From NCBI RefSeq assembly GCF_009914755.1, contig NC_060936.1: 64,000 nt of DNA, one strand, 5' to 3'. This DNA comes from the human T2T-CHM13v2.0 reference genome, Homo sapiens. Below, one piece after another: positions 60,192-64,000 of the stretch. Made by a program: the position numbers and the translations under genes. The notes beneath the pieces were generated by a model that was not told the origin of the DNA, searched no databases, and worked only from the letters and a program-made list of their open reading frames with translations. The first letter of the stretch is position 1. Each line of letters begins with the position of its first letter.

Positions 60192-60959
60192 AGAAAGTGG
60201 ATTTCCCCACTCTATTAGGTTTTGCCAATACCCAAGACCATCTGTTTTATACCTTAGAGAAATTCCTTAATATTCTGGTCTCCTAATGGCACAACTTTCT
60301 GGTTTTCCAGTGCTTCTAAGATTTGTTCTTTTTCTTCTTCTTCTATGATGTTTAGAGAAAGCAGTAAGTTTTCTTTAAGACACACCAACTCAACAACTAT
60401 GCTAATCCCAAGTAAAGTTTGCCCAAGGTTCAGATTACGCCTCTTGTAATGTGCTTCCATTTGTCATATTCTAATTGTATCTCTAATTTTTCTAATTTCG
60501 ATTCATTTATGTTAGGACTTGTAATTCCTCCTCTCTCCCATGCTGCCTCTCCCCACGACACCTCCTGCCAAATTAGTCTGAGCTTCTGCCTAGACTTCAG
60601 CATGTTAAGTAGGAAAGTCATAGTGTTCAGGTTAAAATAACTCTTATGTCAGGATCCCAATTTCACTGCTGATTAGTTGTATAATTTTGGCTGTTTTTGA
60701 AATTCACTTTTCTTTTACATAAAAATGAAAGTAGTAATAAGTATCTCTCAGTGTTATGAGGAGTACATGAAAGTGAAATTGCTTGCCGCATAGGAGTCAC
60801 TCAAAAACTCTTAGTTTTCTTTCCCCTTCCCGTGAGGACAGGATCTGTGTCTTCTGCTTTCCTTCTGTCTCCCAAATACTTAGCACAGTTCTGAAAATAA
60901 CTGATTATTCAAAAAGTTCCTCTTTTCCAACAAAATTTAATATTTTAATTGCATATTGA

Positions 60960-62380
60960 ATTTTATTTTTTAATTTTTATTGTAATTTGACAAATTATAA
61001 TTGCATATATTTATGAGGCACAAAACATATTCCTCCTGTCTAAAATATTTTTATTCTTAATTGACAGATTGCACATATTTATGAGGTAAAATGTGATGTT
61101 ATGATACATGCATACAATTAGAATAATTAAATCAAACTAATTTACATATCTATCACCTCATGTACTTATCATTTTTGTGATGAGAACATTTGTAATTTAC
61201 TCTCTTAAGAACATTGAAATATACAGTACAATATTATTAACTACAGTTACCACGCTGTGTGATAGATCTCAGAAACGTTTTCCTTCTGTCTGACTGAAAC
61301 TTCGTACTCTTTGATCAACATCTTCCCTCTCCCCATTCAACCCATAGTCTTTGTTAACCACCATTCTACTTCCTGCTTCTATGAATGCTACTATTTTAGA
61401 TTCCACAAAAAAGTGAGATGATGTAGTAGTTGTCTTTCTGTGTCAGGTTTATTTTATTTAGCATAGTGTCCTCCAGATTCATCCATCTTGCCACAGATGA
61501 CAGAATTTCCTTCTTTTCTAAGGCTGAACAGTATTTCATTTAGCATATAAGCCACATTTTCTTTATCCATTCCTCCACTGATAGACATTTAAGTTGATTT
61601 CACATCTTGGTTATTCAGAATAATGCTGTAATAAACATGGGAGTGCAGATATCTTTTTGCCATATTGATCTCCTTTCTTTCCCCAGTAATGGGATTCCTC
61701 AATCTTATGGTTGTTTTCTTTTTAGTTTTGTGAGGAGCCTCCATAGAGTTTTACACAATGGCTATACTAATTTACATTTCCAACAATAGTGTACAAGGCT
61801 CTCTTTTCTCCACATTCTTATCAATACTTGTCTTTCATTTTTTATGATAAAAGCCATCCTAAAAGATGTGAAGTGATAGTTCATTGTGGTTCTTATCTCA
61901 CACAAAATATAAAAATCAACTCAAAATGGCTTAAAGACTTAACCATACATCTGAAATTATAATACTACTAGAAGAAAACATATGTGAAAAGCTTTTGACA
62001 TTGGCCTAGGCAATAATTTTTTGAATATAACTCCAAAAGAACAAGCAACTAAAGAAAAAGTAGACAAAAATACACAATGGGATTTCACCAATCTAGACAG
62101 CTCATGCATAACAGAGGAAACAATTAACAGAATGAATAGGCAACCTATCAATTGAAAAAAAAGTTGCAAACCATACATCTAATAAGAGATCAGTATCCAA
62201 AATACATAAGGAACTCAAACAGTACAATAGCAAAAAAACAAATAAACTGATTTAAAAATGGGGAAAGGGCCTAAATAGATATTTCTCCATTTCTTAAAAG
62301 AAGACATAAAAAAATCAAAAGGTATGTGAAAAAATTATTAACATTACTAATCATTAGTGAAATGCAATTTGAAACCACAA
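60960..62380. mobile_element. L1MA-like LINE with a 5' inversion (minus ~60960-61891, plus 61892-62380)
   Basis: L1MA 3' UTR on minus; ORF2 segment on plus ending GAAACCACAA, where the minus piece resumes. Confidence 0.85.
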
Positions 62381-62431
62381 AAAGTACTTTTGACTGGTTG
62401 CCTCCAGTTGCCAGATAAAGTGAAAGGTCAG

Positions 62432-62881
62432 TGTATTATTCAGGGTTCACTAGAGGGACAGAACTAATAGGATATACACATACATATATATGAAAGTTTA
62501 TTAAATAGTATTAACTCACATGATGGCAAGGTCTCACAATAGGATATCTGCAAGCTGAGGAGCAAGGAAGCCAGTGAGAGTCCCAAAGCTGAAGAACGTG
62601 GAGTCCAATGTTTGAGGGCACGAAGCACCCAGCATAAGAGAAAGATGTAGGCTGGGAGGCTAACCCAGTCTAGCCTTTAAACATTTTTCTGCCTGCTTTA
62701 TATTCTGGCCATGCTAGCAGCTGATTACATGGTGCCCACCCAGATTAAGGGTGGTTCTGCCTTTCCTGGCCCACTGACTCAAATGTTAATCTCCTTTGGC
62801 CACACACTTACAGACATATCCAGGATCAGTATTTTGCATCCTTCAATTCAATCAAGTTGACACTTAGTATTAACTGTCACA
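62432..62881 (-). mobile_element. MLT2A1-like LTR (3' LTR of HERV-L)
   Basis: TGTATTA..CAGGGTTC..TAGAGGGACAGAACTAATAGG...AATCAAGTTGACA...TATTAAC..TCACA. Confidence 0.9.
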
Positions 62882-64000
62882 AATCCACCTCTTATCAACT
62901 TGAACCCATATATGTCTCCTGAGATCATAATCTTCAAATAGAGACAATAATAAGGTCATAATTACACCTAACATAATACAACTATCCTTCGTACCACCAG
63001 AAATGTACCAATCCCCAACCCAAATACTATTATATAACATTAACAATACTTAAATGCTGATATGAAGTCAATAAAACTTATGTCACATGATAAAGGAAAC
63101 AGGAAATAAAATGAAGATATTTTCTTAGTACAAGTGTATACATGCAAAAAAATTTTTAACAAAAGAAGGTGGAAATACTTATGACAATTACAGTCCTTGT
63201 TTCTGCAGATGGTCACATGATCATAGCTGGTATTGATGACTACCTTCATCTACTACCCATTTTGTATTCTCTTGGCCTTCAGCAAACACCTCAGCAGGTC
63301 ATTTTTGTTTTCGTTTTGTTTTTTTTTTCCTGGTGGAGTGATCCAAACCTTCATTCCTGAAGGGTCTGGGTTATTTGTAGCCTTGCCTGGAATAAGCTGC
63401 TGTAGCTTCCCATTGACCTTAATCACAGGGCATGGTAATACTAAGAGATGCCCTCATGGATCTCTGATATTCCATGTATACTCTTCCTTACCTTCGTTGT
63501 GGAGTAGTAGACTGATTTCATCTTGATAGTTCAGGTCAGTCACCTCAACCAGCACTTCTTAGCCTGTTGACTTAAAGGTAGGAGGAGCCCAAAGTGTTCA
63601 GGTGGCAATCTTAACTTACAGTTTAATGAAATTGTTGTTGTATCTCCTAGTGGCAGCGTAACTCCCTCTGGAACTAAGACCTCTAGGCCAGCAGAATGGA
63701 ATGTTGTTAGAACAGGAAGCAAAAATTTTGCTAGTGGATCACTAGGAGTGATGGTAAGTGGGGCCACTTCCACTTCCACCCCTTGATTCCTGGACCCATG
63801 AATCTTGGCTATGGGAGAAATGGTACCATATACTGGATGCTGATTCAGAACATACACGACCTTCTGGAGAACTTTGCACAGCCCTGCAAAGTATTGTCAC
63901 CTAGTTGACATTGTAATTGTGATTTCAGAAGGCCATTCCACCATTCTCTCAATGCAGCTGCTTCAGCATGATAGCGAACATGGTAAGACCAGTGAATACC
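62882..64000 (-). mobile_element. HERV-L internal region (integrase C-terminus and dUTPase remnant); continues beyond the window
   Basis: ORF 63540-63857 (YVLNQHPVYGTISPIAKIHGSRNQGVE...SAGLEVLVP...LRLPPEHFGLLLP); purine tract next to the LTR. Confidence 0.92.

Overview
Primate (human-like) genomic DNA, dominated by repeats, with no intact protein-coding gene, RNA gene or CRISPR array. It contains Alu, MIR, L1, L2 and L3 elements, MaLR LTRs (MST, THE1, MLT1), old DNA-transposon relics and the 3' end of a HERV-L/MLT2A provirus. The only gene-derived sequence is a disabled, intronless MARK/SMOK-like Ser/Thr kinase pseudogene on the minus strand (~17.3-18.0 kb). A second, diverged kinase fragment lies next to it, and a co-oriented THE1B LTR with a DUX4 motif lies 1.5 kb upstream. 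The most notable structure is a set of local rearrangements readable from the repeats: a ~2.85 kb genomic inversion, three twin-primed L1s, an in-place MIR micro-inversion, an inverted block inside a near full-length L1MB, and two templated local copies (~320 bp and 24 bp). I see no support for a new biological system. Repeat subfamily calls were made by eye from remembered consensus sequences, and boundaries of old elements are approximate.
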